Positions 13,160 to 26,858 of a stretch of DNA of 64,000 nt are shown here, piece by piece (within the stretch, counting starts at the first letter, position 1; the number at the start of each line of letters is the position of its first letter). The notes beneath the pieces are model-generated. The model searched no databases. It was not told where the DNA came from and was given only the letters and a program-made list of their open reading frames with translations. A program made the position numbers and the translations under genes. The stretch spans positions 6,758,001 through 6,822,000 of the forward strand of contig OX597825.1 of assembly GCA_951406725.2 (NCBI GenBank), read 5' to 3'. Origin of the DNA: Octopus vulgaris (Eukaryota).

Positions 13160-15563
13160 CTGCAAGAGAAAACAAAGAAGCGATTATCAGAACATGTTGA
13201 CAACAAGCGGGCACTGGTAAAATCTTTGTTTTCTCCATGGTTAAATAATAATAATTTCTTGTCGACCCTTTTCTCTTCACATTGGTCGGTGTCACCCACA
13301 ACTTTCAAACTAACAAACATAAAGTGGGCTACTACAACTTTCCTGTCGTTAATTTGGTTCTGTAACCCACTTGGTGTTTTCCTCCCTCACACAGGACCCA
13401 TGACGGGAACTCCGTCGTCGTCCTAAGGCAGAAAAACCACTGAAAACTGTTCATCTAAATATATATATGTTTATATATATATGCATATATATATTATATA
13501 TAATTAGATATCTAAATGTACACTCACACACAGGAACACATATGCATACGTGTGTGTATAAAAATGTGCATGTGTAAATAAATATAAGTCTATTTATACA
13601 TATCAATAATACTCTTAATGTGGGTTGCCGTCAATTACGACGACACTCTACGCACACGTACACACACATATATATATATATGTTTGTGTATATTTACCAT
13701 CCCACATAAATATCATTAGTGTTGTGGAATGGTGTTATCTTTGTTTCTTTCTTTCTTTCTTTCACTTTCTCTGTCTGTCTGTCTCTCTCTCTCTGTGGTG
13801 GGGGAGGAGGTTTAAAAAGCAGATGGCACTCCGTCTCCCTTACTCTGTCTAGTCCCTCCCTCTCACTCATCTTCCTTACTCTGTCTCGTCCCTCACTCAT
13901 CTCCCTCACTCTGTCTCGTCCCTCTCTCTCCTCCAGTCCGCTAATGATGACGTTGCTGGGTCGGCAGAAACAGCAGCCGAAACCGAAGGCGCTGCTATTT
14001 TCTGTCTCTCTCTGTCGACTCCACTCAACACATTTTCTTGTTATTATTATTATTGTTGTTCTTACTCATCTTAAGAGAAGTTTACTTGATTTGTTTTGCG
14101 GCTTAACTTTACAAGTCTGATGTTTTTATTCTGGTACCGTTGGAAATTGGTATAACAAACATTGGCAAATAGTAAATTCTTAAAACACCCCCACACACAT
14201 CCACGCACTTAATTGTGCGTCACTTAATGATAGTGATTCTGGTGCATGAGCCAAAAATGTTGCAGAATAATATCCCATCCCATTTAAACGTGGATGTTCT
14301 ATTAGAACAAACTTTTACTGCGATAGTTACCATGAGAGAAACTCTTTTGTGGATTGCCCTTTGTTGCATTTTGCACCAAAAAGCCAGTATGAGAATTTTT
14401 CTCATGATATCCACCACAGAAAAGTTTGTTCCGACAGAATATCCACGTTTAAGAAAGGATAAATATTACCTTTCCGTAATTATATTGTCTGTATCTAATA
14501 TGTTAAAGAATAAGTTTTGTAAGGATAACACGACACGTATTGTGTTGAGGTATTGAGGACTTTTCAATTGTGGTTTATTCCGTTTTTAAGGACATCTGAA
14601 ACTTTACGTGTGTGCGTGTGTGACCTAGGGTTAAGTTAAGGTCCATTGATGGCCGATGTGTGTACTTTCGACCTTTCTTTTGTCTCCCTTAAATGCTATA
14701 TAATTTATTAGAATAAAATTAAGGTTTCTGTTTCTGGTCTTACCTTAGACCACATCCTATAATTACGTTGAATAAAATCAATTTCTTTATTTTTAAAGTT
14801 TTAATTAAAATTATTCGACTGTAAACAATATCAACAAATTTACTTAGAAAACTAGGACAACCTGTTTTGACACCTTCCCTTTACTGCTTTGTAACTACAA
14901 TTTGCCGCTCCAAACCCTATTAAATCCGATGGGGAAAACTAAACCCTGAGGTATCCCCTTCGGTTAGTGCCTTAATTACAGATTTATAGCGTTTACTGAC
15001 TAACCTAGCTCTCACAGCAGTATCACACACAAAGCTTCAGTGAGTGAAAGGGACGACATTGATCACTTTCAAAGATTTGATAAAGATAAGTGAGCCGGAC
15101 AAAGAGACTTGAAAAGGGAGAAAGAGTGAGAGAAAAAGAAAGGGCTGAGGGGAAAGAAAAGAAGGAAAACAGAACTGCAGATCTACGTAAGAAAAAAAAA
15201 GTACTTGGGTGAGGGTTAGATGGCAGGCATGGAGTTGTAGCTAAGCTGTTTACCTTTGAATGACAGACTTTGCAAAACATCATTATTTAAACAAATGCTT
15301 GGAAAAAAACAAAACAAAACAATATTAACAAAAGCGCTGCAATTTTTGTAGCACATGTTACTCAAAAAAAATAGTAGCATTATTAATAATTGCCTCATTA
15401 ACCCCTCATTAGTGTGTAGAGATGATCAACAGCTGTCATATTTCGACTTCAGCAAGTAAACACCATCAAATTGAAAGTTAGAGGAGAAACATTTTACAGG
15501 GATGAAAGCAAACATCGATGAAAATTTTTTGCATTGACTCATTTTATACTCCATATAAGAAAC

Positions 15564-16062
<499 letters not shown>

Positions 16063-16146
16063 AATAATATGAGGGAATATTATTCCAAACTTACAGGGAA
16101 AAATTCAATTTAGAAATACTAAATCAAATTTCACAAAATATAATAT

Positions 16147-16195
<49 letters not shown>

Positions 16196-16301
16196 ATTAG
16201 CAAAAAACCCCACCTTTTATCAATTCAAAATGAAAGATTAAATTACACCATCTAGAAAATTACATATAATGATATATGTATATATTTATGTATATATAAT
16301 A

Positions 16302-16816
16302 CTAGCAGTATCACCCGGCGTTGCTCGGGTTTGTAAGGGAAATAACTATATAAGCATTTTTAGAGAGTTACTTCCTTTATAGATGCCAATTCGGGCTTTC
16401 TTAGCCATTTCTGTTTTGGTGTCTTCAAGCCATGAAGTCGTTGTTCTAAAAGAACGCTGGTCTCCTTGACAACGCTTTACGACGTTGATTTCCTTACACT
16501 CCCTTCCCCATAGCTTCACGAGGGAGGGAAGAAGGGGGAGAAGCAAACAGGTGCAGGTGTTTGAGCGTGGACGCCAACTCCGCCGCCATCGACACACGAA
16601 AAATTATGCATTAAAATGGAATAAAAAATGATGTTAAATTATTTTTAAAATCGTAGACTCATCGTAGACGCACGCTAATAGCCAGACGGGCTCGATATTA
16701 ATCACAACTATAAGATACCCGAATTTGGTTAAACTGCACCGCAAAATGTGGGAGGAGTTAGGAATCTAAATCGTAGGAGACAGACACTCACACAACTACA
16801 GTTTTATATATATAGA
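16302..16816 (-). mobile_element. Non-autonomous Helitron (515 bp)
   Basis: Minus strand begins A|TCTATATATATAAAA and ends with hairpin CCCGAGCAACGCCGGG followed by CTAG|T; inserted in an AT dinucleotide; no coding capacity. Confidence 0.85.
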
Positions 16817-17465
16817 TATGTATATATATAATAATATATGTATATATTATTATAATATATAATAATATATGTATACATATTATTATATGTAATTTTCTAG
16901 ATGGTGTAATTTAATTTTTCATTTTGAATTGATAAAAGGTGGTTGTTTTCTCATTTTTACACACACACACATATATATATATATGTGTGTGTGTGTGTAA
17001 TGAGAGAAGAGGAGAGAAAGAGATGCTTTTGAAAACAATGGCTGAATCAAGAATGACATCTTGAATCGTAATGGAATTTCAATGGGTTGACCACATCGAT
17101 TCAATATAATTGAAAAGAAGCCTCCTCCTCCTCCTTCTCTCTGTCTCTCTTCCTCTTCTCTTTACTTCTCTTTCACTCCCTTTCCTGTCCTTCTTCCTGT
17201 CTTTCTCCCTTTCTCCGAAAAGCAAAAATTTCTCCTCTTCTGAACAAAAGAAAACATCCTCTTCTTTTCCATTTATATAAAAGGCGGAAGAAATTTTCTC
17301 TACATTATATCTTGAAGAGTTCCATTGAATGAACAAAAGTGCAAGTAAAGAATTAGCCAAAATCCTGACTGCCTCCTTCTTTGAAATATACAATATCTGT
17401 ACACCACTTCAAACACTCTATATATACATACATATATTCCTATCTATCTCTGTCTGTCTGTCTGT

Positions 17466-17524
<59 letters not shown>

Positions 17525-17564
17525 TATATCTATAGCTATCTATTTGTATCTATATCTATTTCTG

Positions 17565-17629
<65 letters not shown>

Positions 17630-17754
17630 TTATATGTGTGTGTGTGTATTTATAAGCATGTATATATGTGTGTGTGTATATATATGTATATATACATATA
17701 AACCTATATATATCTATCTATATCTGTATCTCGCTCTATATATATATGTCTGTG

Positions 17755-17807
<53 letters not shown>

Positions 17808-17996
17808 CTGTGTATAAGTATGTGTGTACATACGACAACACCTACGCATGAGGTACTTTCTTAAATAAACTCACTGAACCTGCTCCATCACGGCAGACAG
17901 CAGCAACAAGTTAATTACAAAAGCCTATGTGACAACCAGAATGAATTATAAGACTGAATGTGTATATGTGCATGTATGTGTGGGAGTCTACTCTCT

Positions 17997-18086
<90 letters not shown>

Positions 18087-18619
18087 ACACATATGTATAT
18101 ATGAAAAAATATCAGTTGTAACTGCCTTCATGTACAGTTTATCGATTGAGAAAGAGATGAAATATTCATGTTGTTGTGGGTGGTCGTGGTGGTGGTACTA
18201 AGAATGCTTGGTAAAGTCGGTAGCCCGATCATGCATGAAATACCTCTGTAAGTCTATATGGAAATTATATTAATATGTAATTATTTTCAGCAATATTTAT
18301 AAATATTCATAGGATATAAACAAAGGTAGCTCATGAAAAAAAAAAGTTATTCACGATGAACTTGATATCATTAATAAATAATAAAGTCATTTTGTTAATT
18401 ACAAAACCTATTGTTTTTGTTTGTGTTTTTTTACTGTTTTACATCAATTATGCCACAGCTGTTTACTTATTTTTTTTATTTAAATATGCATATTTTCAGA
18501 GCAATATTTTTATGTGTTTTTTTTTTGTTAAAGCTGGGAAGCCATTCCTATTATTAACCAGACATCTAGGAAATACATATATCTTTAGTAGGCTAAATGA
18601 AACAAAAATCTACTGATAG

Positions 18620-18945
18620 GTACAGGTGTGGTTGTGTGGTAAGAAGCTTGTATCCCTACCACATGGTTCAGGGTTCAGTCCCACTGTGTGGTACTTTGGG
18701 CAAATGTCTTCTACAATAACCTCAGGCCAACCACAGCCTTGTGAGTAGATTTAGTAGACAGAAACTGGATGAAGCCTGTTGTGTGTATATATATATATAG
18801 AGAGATTTGGCAAAATAGACTGACAAAATAAGTACTAGGTTTTCATAGAATAAGTCCTGGGGTCGATTTGTTCATCTAAAGCCCTTCAAGGCAGTGCTCC
18901 AGCATGACCACGGTCAAATGGCTGAGACAAGTAAAAGAATAAAAG
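18620..18945 (+). mobile_element. SINE family A, diverged and internally deleted
   Basis: Head, body and tail blocks recognisable. Confidence 0.8.
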
Positions 18946-19099
18946 ACTACAAAACTAAAAAAAGTCATCAATGTGTGACCCCTGTGAGCCAACAAGATAA
19001 ATCACCCCTCTTGCTGTTTTGGCAAGAATAGTGCATATGTATTTATACATGAGTAGGTGAAATATTTAGTCAAATCTTAAATTATTTACATTATTTACT

Positions 19100-19395
19100 T
19101 TTAGTTAGTTAGTTAGTTAATTTTTTTGGCTCAAAAAGCAAAAAGCAAAGCCATGTAGGGGACATGGAGTTATGTACAGAGTGGTGTTCATGTAAAGAGT
19201 TCAGGCCACTTGAGGTCAAGGGAGACTTTGAACTGAGCGGCCATCAGCATCTTCACCATCTCGTCTGGCAGCTTATTCCACGGATACGCAACCTGGACGA
19301 AGAAAGCCCCTCTCCTTCGATTGAGATGAAATCGTCGCAGATAGAGCTTTTCGGAATGACACCGCAGCCGACGCTCTGGAGCAGGAGTGAAGAAC
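19100..19395 (-). mobile_element. CR1-clade LINE 3' fragment
   Basis: 19394-19188 translates FFTPAPERRLRCHSEKLYLRRFHLNRRRGAFFVQVAYPWNKLPDEMVKMLMAAQFKVSLDLKWPELFT*, matching the CR1 ORF2 C-terminus (LRGH..KL, FF..V..WN.LP, FK..LD); short 3' UTR ends in (TAAC)n. Confidence 0.85.
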
Positions 19396-19429
19396 AGGAC
19401 GGATATTTGTCCTCATCTTGTTTGTTGTT

Positions 19430-19475
19430 AACACAACATTTCGGCTGATATATCCTCCAGCCTTCATCAGGTGTC
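19430..19475 (-). ncRNA. Minimal hammerhead-like motif inside a tRNA-headed repeat
   Basis: gacac-CTGATGA-a-ggctg(gaggatatat)cagcc-GAAA-tg-TT-gtgtt; the stem III palindrome ACGT seen in the copy at 654-661 is ATGT here. Confidence 0.6.
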
Positions 19476-19527
19476 TTGGGGAAATTTCGAACTTGGGTTC
19501 TCATTCCTAAGGTATTTTTCAATGTTG

Positions 19528-19590
<63 letters not shown>

Positions 19591-20479
19591 TCACTGCCTG
19601 GAATTGAACTTGGAATCATGGGGTTAGTAGCTCGCGCTCTTAACCACCATGCCATATGCCTGTCTGTTTATTAGTATATTCAGTACTATAGTTCCTATAT
19701 GTACAGATGAATACGGTGGGGAGAGCTAATTACAGTTTGTTTAATATGTAAGTTGTAGATGTAGATGTACATCTCATTTCATTAATAAATATAGATTGTA
19801 TTTAATATCAAAGGCAAGAATTAAGATGAAAGTTCAGTCAACATCATCTTCATAAAAGACCACCTTCTGTATTTTGAGCAGTTTTTCTTTCTCTTAAGTA
19901 ACATACTCTGCTCACGTCATCTCAGATGTTTTAATGAAGGAATAAGTCAGCAGCCGAAATTTAGCTGCGGAATTAATTAAAATAAAAGAAAGTCCTACTT
20001 AACAATAACTCTCTTAATTATCTAATTGATAAATATACGGCTAATTTTTATAATAAAATAAAATAACACTCAAATAGTTTACCATAAGTTCATTAGATGA
20101 TATACTTGCACAAAGCCACAGATATATTTCCAATTTATAAGAAATCAATTTTATTGATGATGGATCTGCCATTAGATATGGGTAGAAGTATTTTAATCAA
20201 CTGAAGTGCTTGAGTATTCCACACATACATGTACCCTTAAAAAAATTCCCAGGTAGAATCAGTAAGAGAGTAGTTGATGAGACTGTGTGCAATTGGCTTC
20301 ACACAGTTTCCTCTCTATCAAGTTGTACTCTCAAACTTCTAAGAGATAGGTGACTTCTCTATGAGAAATGCAACGAAATTGAACTCAGGACCCATTGACT
20401 GTAAGAGAATCTTTTTAATGGTTCAAGCCCACCTGAGTCTATAACAATCAGTTTTAGCAATCTACAGAAATAAACAAAA

Positions 20480-21000
20480 TAAACTCTCAAACAATGGTAT
20501 AGAATTAACTCTGTAGAATACAGCTACAATGCTTCTTCTTTGCTCTCTGCAGAAATGTAACAATAACACCTGTATCTCACCTATGGCTAACCAATCAGAA
20601 TATAACAGCATATTCCAAACACTGAGCAATCCCAACACAATAATCATCTATCAAGTGTTTGTCGTCTCCCACTGAAATTTTAAACGATTACTCATTATGA
20701 CTTGATTCAAGATGTGTAATCTACATGTTAAGATGCTTCTTCACTGCTATGTAATAATAGATGATATTACATAGGTACAACAGCATCCAAGCCCAATTTT
20801 CCTATTGCATAACCATATATATATATACCTAGTGCTCACATTGCTAATGGCTTAGCATAATGGGTTGGTTTAAATTTTCTCTTCCTACATATATTTAAAA
20901 TCACCTGATGATAGCAAATTCTTTCATGGTGTAACCATAGTAATTGATCTATTCATCAAAACAAAAAAAAATGCTGCTGAAACAGCTGATGTGAATTATA
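20480..21000 (+). mobile_element. Decayed Penelope-like retroelement 3' end: GIY-YIG endonuclease relic plus hammerhead-like motif
   Basis: CVIYMLRC (20713-20736), then after a frameshift CNNR*YYIGTT (to 20782), then VGLN near 20865. This is followed by tcac-CTGATGA-t-agca...tgct-GAAA-cagctg-at-gtga (20901-20994). Confidence 0.65.
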
Positions 21001-21021
21001 AAACACCTTTTGTGTTAATTT

Positions 21022-21066
<45 letters not shown>

Positions 21067-21120
21067 CTTTCGATTTGGTTTGCAAGATTCTTTATGTGAG
21101 TTCGCGTGTCGAAGCAGATA

Positions 21121-21374
21121 CTGTTGTGTCTGGGGAGAGTCATTCTCTTTTGGTGCCTAATAATTTAACACACTCACTGGTAAAATTTCCACTTATTTCT
21201 TTTATATTTTTCTAAAATTTCCATTGCATTTTGGCAACCTTTTAAATAGTTTTGAAAAGGTTGCAAAACACATTGAAAATTTTAGAATAATAAAAAAGAA
21301 ATAAGTGGAAATTTTGCTGGTGAGTGTGTTAAATTATTAGGCACCAAAAGAGAATGACTTCCCCAGACACAACA

Positions 21375-21376
<2 letters not shown>
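21121..21376. repeat. Inverted repeat, arms about 120 bp, Penelope pLTR-like family; same family folded back at 48396-48614
   Basis: ctgttgtgtctggggagagtcattctc... / ...gagaatgacttccccagacacaacag. Confidence 0.85.
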
Positions 21377-21437
<61 letters not shown>

Positions 21438-21939
21438 CATACATACATACATACATACATACGTACGTATGTATGTATGCATGTATATGTATATATTATT
21501 CATTAACAAGAATAGTTTTGACATTCACTTTGAAGTTATGGCCAGCTAACCTATCATCAGACTGATGCATTGAGATAAAAATATTCTCAGATATGTGAGT
21601 TCATTGAATGGCAATTAGTTTGTAGGATAGGGTGTGATGGAGAGGTGTTGTAGAAAAATTTTTATTGATTAAATTTAGGTTTGTTTTATTTTATTATTTT
21701 ATTCATTCAAGCAATGCAACTTCAGTCATGCTGGAGCATCATGTTCAGAATATATTCATGCTTGTAGAACTTTATAAAACAGGTATGTACATTTAGGTGT
21801 GTCAGCTTCAGGTTATAGGACTGTAGTTTTTTAGTGGTTCACAAAAAGGATGTAAGCAGGTAGAAGGATTATTTTAGTTAGTAGATGTGTCATTAATTTT
21901 AGTTATTTTTGGTTTTATTAGATTTAATAGTTTGTAATG

Positions 21940-22090
21940 CAATTCTATATTTAAGAGACAAAGAATTATGTACATTATTTACATTTGACGATATTTGTCC
22001 TCATCTTGTTTGTTGTTAACACAACATTTCGGCTGATATACGCTCCAGCCTTCATCAGGTGTCTAGGAGAAATTTCGAACCTGGGTTCTC
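21940..22090 (-). mobile_element. 5'-truncated copy of the hammerhead-bearing SINE-like family
   Basis: Near-identical to 19400-19520, with an uninterrupted tail gaattatgtacattatttacatttgacg. Confidence 0.75.
22018..22063 (-). ncRNA. Minimal hammerhead-like motif, second copy of the 19430 family
   Basis: gacac-CTGATGA-a-ggctg(gagcgtatat)cagcc-GAAA-tg-TT-gtgtt. Confidence 0.6.
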
Positions 22091-22142
22091 ATTCCTAAGG
22101 TATTTTTCAAAAATCCTCCCAATTGAGTGAGAGTGTATTTGA

Positions 22143-22215
<73 letters not shown>

Positions 22216-23129
22216 GGTATTATTCCAGTTCTGAAAGTTAAAATATAATAAAGGACAAGTATAGGTGTCTTGCTATGGAAGAGATACTAAATACTAAGCC
22301 ACATGCATTATATCAGAGTGGATGAAAGTAGCTGGAAGGGAGATAAAGATGGTGGTGAGCAGTGCCAGAGTATACTCTCAAGGTACAAGAAGGTGAATAT
22401 AAGGGAAAATATTGACAGTGGGTGGGTAATTTCTTAAGAATGTGGGAGGAGAGTGACAGATGGTTAGAGGTTGGTGGATGTAGTGAATGATGTGAAAGGG
22501 TGGTAAATATCAGTATGGAGGAGAAGGAGGGGGTGAGAGAGGTGAAAGTATCTCAGGAAGTGAGAGGTGACAAATGGCAGTAGTGGGAGGGGAGGGTGAT
22601 GAACAGCAGCAGAGATGGAGGTCAGAGGTATATGAGGATGGCTATAGTGAGGGGAGTCACAAAAGTGTGAAGCGGAGATATGATATCAAATATAATGAGG
22701 ATGCTGAGAATGATAGCAGATAGCAGTGGTGTTAAGGATGATGTATGGCAGGCCGAAAAGGCAGCTCAGAGATGGAGAGAGTCAACTGAATACACTACAC
22801 ATATAAGTATATATAGGTATATATATATGATTATATATATATCTGTGTATCCGTATATGAATACACACACTTACTCATTCACACACACACATGTACACAC
22901 ACCCTTATTCTCTATGAGATCATGTTTCCCTTGTTCTGAAGTTATTTTGGGACTCTATCTCCCAGAGACTACACAGAACTTACGAATTAATTAGTTTTTA
23001 TATAAGAGTATATAAATATATATCTCTCCATTGTCTAGAATAACACTGGGGCTACTGAGGTTAGAAAACAATTGTTGGTTGTTTTAGATGAAAACCAGAA
23101 CTATTTGTTTTCAGAATTAATTAATATAC

Positions 23130-23215
<86 letters not shown>

Positions 23216-24681
23216 ATGTATGTATATGTATATATACCTGGCTCTGAGTAATGCAATTTTCCATGTGCAATAGTTGGCAAATGTGCATGATCAGCCGAAT
23301 ATTAACAAGAAAAATATAAATAGTCTGATGGAGAGAATTCACATGCTTCTAACTCTACCGAAGCTGAACCAGTCCCGACAGACTTGAAATCATTATGTCT
23401 CACTTGTTAAGCCAGCAATGATCTCACTGACCAAACTTATTTTATAGCAGCACAACAGATAAATTGTTAGACACAACTAATTCGTAAGCTCTAGGTTGCA
23501 TTATATAACCTTCTTATTATTCACTGTTCTCTATGTATTAATGTATGTATTAATGGATATATTAATAAACTAAGTGCTTTTGACTGGAGCTTCATGACTG
23601 CTGATTCTGTGACATTAGTGACTAAACTGGTCAATGCTTTGTGTTTATATGTACATGAGAATAGTGGAGGTGCAATGGCCCAGTGGTTAGGGCAGCAGAC
23701 TAGCAGTCGTAGGATCGCAGTTTTGATTCCTAGACTGGTGTTGTGTGTGTTTATTGAGTGAAAATGCCTAAAGCTCCACAAGGCTCTGTCAGGGAGGGGT
23801 GGCGAACCCTGCTGTACTCTTTCACCACAACTTTCTCTCACTCTTTCTTCCTGTTTCTCTTGTACCCATATTTCAAAGGGCCAACCTTGTCACTCTCTGT
23901 GTCATACTGAATCTCCCTGAGAACTACGTTAAGGGTACATGCATTTTATTTCTTTACTACACACAGAGGGGAAAAACAAGGACAAACAAACGGATTAAGT
24001 CAATTATATCGATCCCAGTGCATAACTGGTACTTATTAAATCGACCCCGAAAGGATGAAAGGCAAAGTCGACCTCGGCAGAATTTGAACAAGGAACATAA
24101 AGACAGACGAAATACCACTAAGTATTTCGCCCAGCATGCTAACGTTTCTGCTCGTTGCCTTAAGGGCACATGCATCTGTGGAGTACTCAGCCACTTGCAT
24201 GTTAATTTCATGAGCAGGCTGTTCCGTTGATTAGATCAACTGGAACCCTCATCGTTGTAACTGATGGAGTGCCACATGAGAGTGACCACATGTTCTTACT
24301 TTCTTTCACTCTCTCTCTCTCTCTCTCTCTTTCTGTTTATCAAGTCCTCACCATATAACTCTTCATTTAAATCCTCTTTAAATAGTGGATCAATTAAATC
24401 TCTTCACCAATTTAATTGTTGAAAAAAGTATAAAAATGTAAATGGTTGTGGGGGTGGGGTAAGTATTTTGTTTATAACATGAAGATAAAAATGTTAAAAA
24501 AAGAATTATTTCAGTTTATTTTTTATTTTTAGTAACTGATGGTTATCAGGAATGTCTACGAGCTAGAGTAACTATTATCAGCCGAGAAACAGATTAAATA
24601 TATATGGGAACACTTCACAATATATATGCATATATTTATACAGCCTGGGTGTATACAACTAGCACCATAGTGGATATAAAC

Positions 24682-25096
24682 CAGGGATGTGCCACCTAAG
24701 TAGACAAGGTAGGCAGTGCCTACCCTGAATAAAATAGATTGATAGCAGCATTTTCCTTTCATGGTGAAATATGCACCTAATTCAATAAAATTATGAAGGT
24801 TATTCTGATTTCTATGCATAAAATGCAAAATATTATATTTCTTTGTAGAATAGGTAGACATAATTTTCCCCTACTTTTCAACCTCAGTATTAAAGCTACA
24901 CATAGTACTGCTGTAGTACACATGCTGCGTCCACTCCTACAACAACGTTTTCTTTACTTTCTATAAAGGCAGAAGTAAATCTGCCTTTAACTCAGTCATG
25001 TGCCTGTTTTTTTTTTTTCACTTATTTTTTGTGTGTTTTACTATATAAAGGTCACGAACTGCCTACCCTGAGTAATTACTGATCACACATTGCCTG
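24682..25096. mobile_element. hAT-type MITE
   Basis: Imperfect TIRs cagggatgtg / cacattgcctg; 8-bp TSD atataaac / gtataaac (7 of 8 match); subterminal gcctaccctg repeats. Confidence 0.65.
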
Positions 25097-26194
25097 GTAT
25101 AAACCTTTCATAATTGATGAGATAGATTTCAGTTATTGTATTGGATGAGTTGATGAAATTAATTCGCTTTAGTTTAGGAGAATTTTCAATATTGGAAAGA
25201 TCTTGATTAGAAAATGTTTGAGGAAGCTAAATATAGAATTCATTGTGACTTGTTGATCTCCAAAACAACTGAATTTGGAGTTTTATGATCTTTGAATAAC
25301 AACAGCCAGATAGCTTTATTAAATGAGTAGTTGCCATAGGTTAAACCTGACCTAGTAGACCTTTGGCCCAAAGTATTCCAACCATGACAATCCTGTCGTT
25401 TTATGTGTTGGACTACATGACCTAATATAATCCTCAACAGGATGTGGTTTCAGAGTGGTTTGGAAGCTGTTTCTAGCAGGTCGTTTGATCGTCATTGACA
25501 GAACAGTCCAAGTGAAAAGTCACACAAATAAACAATGCAAGAAAAAAACAAAAAGTTTAAACAATGGAATGGAATCGGTAACAAAGGTAAACCAATGACA
25601 ACAACAACAACAAATGGTAGGAATGGAGATGATGGAATAAATTGAAAGAACAAACCAAATCAATGATGTTGAGATTAAATGACTTGTTAAAAATATCAAA
25701 GTATGGAGAATAGTTTTGGAAAATCTAGACACAAATAATTATAACTTGTGTAACTTTCCATTATTTCCAAACTAGATAATGGTACCTGATATTATTTCTT
25801 CATCTCTTCTGAATAGAGACGAAGAATTATAAAAAAAAGTACTAAAAAAAAAACCCTATAGATTTTATAAATTACCATGTTGATGACAAGGATATGTCAT
25901 TGGATTGGCCCCTGTTGTATTCCTAATGATTCTTCCTCCTAACAGACTTTTGTTTAACTGTAGTTAAAGTTTTATTTGGGATGAAAATGTTTCTAATACC
26001 AAACAATCAGAGGAATGGCTGTGGGATTGAGAGGTTCTCTTTGTAACTGGCTGCAGGTTCAATCTCAGTGTGTGGTACTTTGAGCAACTGCCTTCTATAA
26101 CAGACTCAAGTTAATCAATAGATTCTGGCAGGAATTTGGTAGATGGAAACCATGTAGAAGCCTGACATACAAATATGTGTGTGTACATGTGTGT

Positions 26195-26198
26195 ATGC

Positions 26199-26268
<70 letters not shown>

Positions 26269-26277
26269 GTCTATCTG

Positions 26278-26329
<52 letters not shown>

Positions 26330-26534
26330 TGTCTGTCTGTCACTCTATCTGTCTATCTGTCCGTCCATCCACCTGCCCGTCCTTCCGCCCTTCAAAGTGG
26401 TGCTCCAACATGGCCACAGTTAAATGGCTGAAACAAGTAAAAAAAATATAAGACTATATATATGTGTGTATGTGTATATATATATATATGTGTGTGTGTG
26501 TGTATGTGTATATGTATATATATATATGTGTGTG

Positions 26535-26578
<44 letters not shown>

Positions 26579-26767
26579 TATACATATACACACACACACA
26601 TATATATATATATACATATACACACATATATATAGTCTTATATTTTTTTTACTTGTTTCAGCCATTTAACTGTGGCCATGTTGGAGCACCACTTTGAAGG
26701 GCGGAAGGACGGGCAGGTGGATGGACGGACAGATAGACAGATAGATAGATAGAGTGACAGACAGACA

Positions 26768-26849
<82 letters not shown>

Positions 26850-26858
26850 AAGATAGGC

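Larger units (their letters stand above)
19075..19660 (-). mobile_element. tRNA-headed SINE-like element with (AAT)n spacer and hammerhead-bearing tail, interrupted by a CR1 fragment
   Basis: Head GGCATATGGCATGGTGGTTAAGAGC...GTTCAATTCC (A/B boxes, 19660-19590), (AAT)n 19530-19586, hammerhead 19430-19475; tail shared with copies at 470-720 and 21940-22090. Confidence 0.7.

Noticed and set aside
14215-14556. 113-aa plus-strand ORF in the CpG-rich island
   Set aside because: GTG start, no recognisable motif and no clear splice signals.
14747-14759. Second microexon candidate on minus (GATGTGGTCTAAG)
   Set aside because: Weak acceptor without a pyrimidine tract; 13 nt would shift the frame.
19590-19660. 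tRNA gene
   Set aside because: A/B boxes are present but the acceptor stem does not pair and the sequence runs into a repeat body; treated as a SINE head, as are the other tRNA-like heads.
21530-21580. Minus-strand CTGATGA followed by a short stem; also GAAACGGCTGTA near 60680
   Set aside because: Each has only half of the hammerhead core, so neither is counted as a ribozyme motif.
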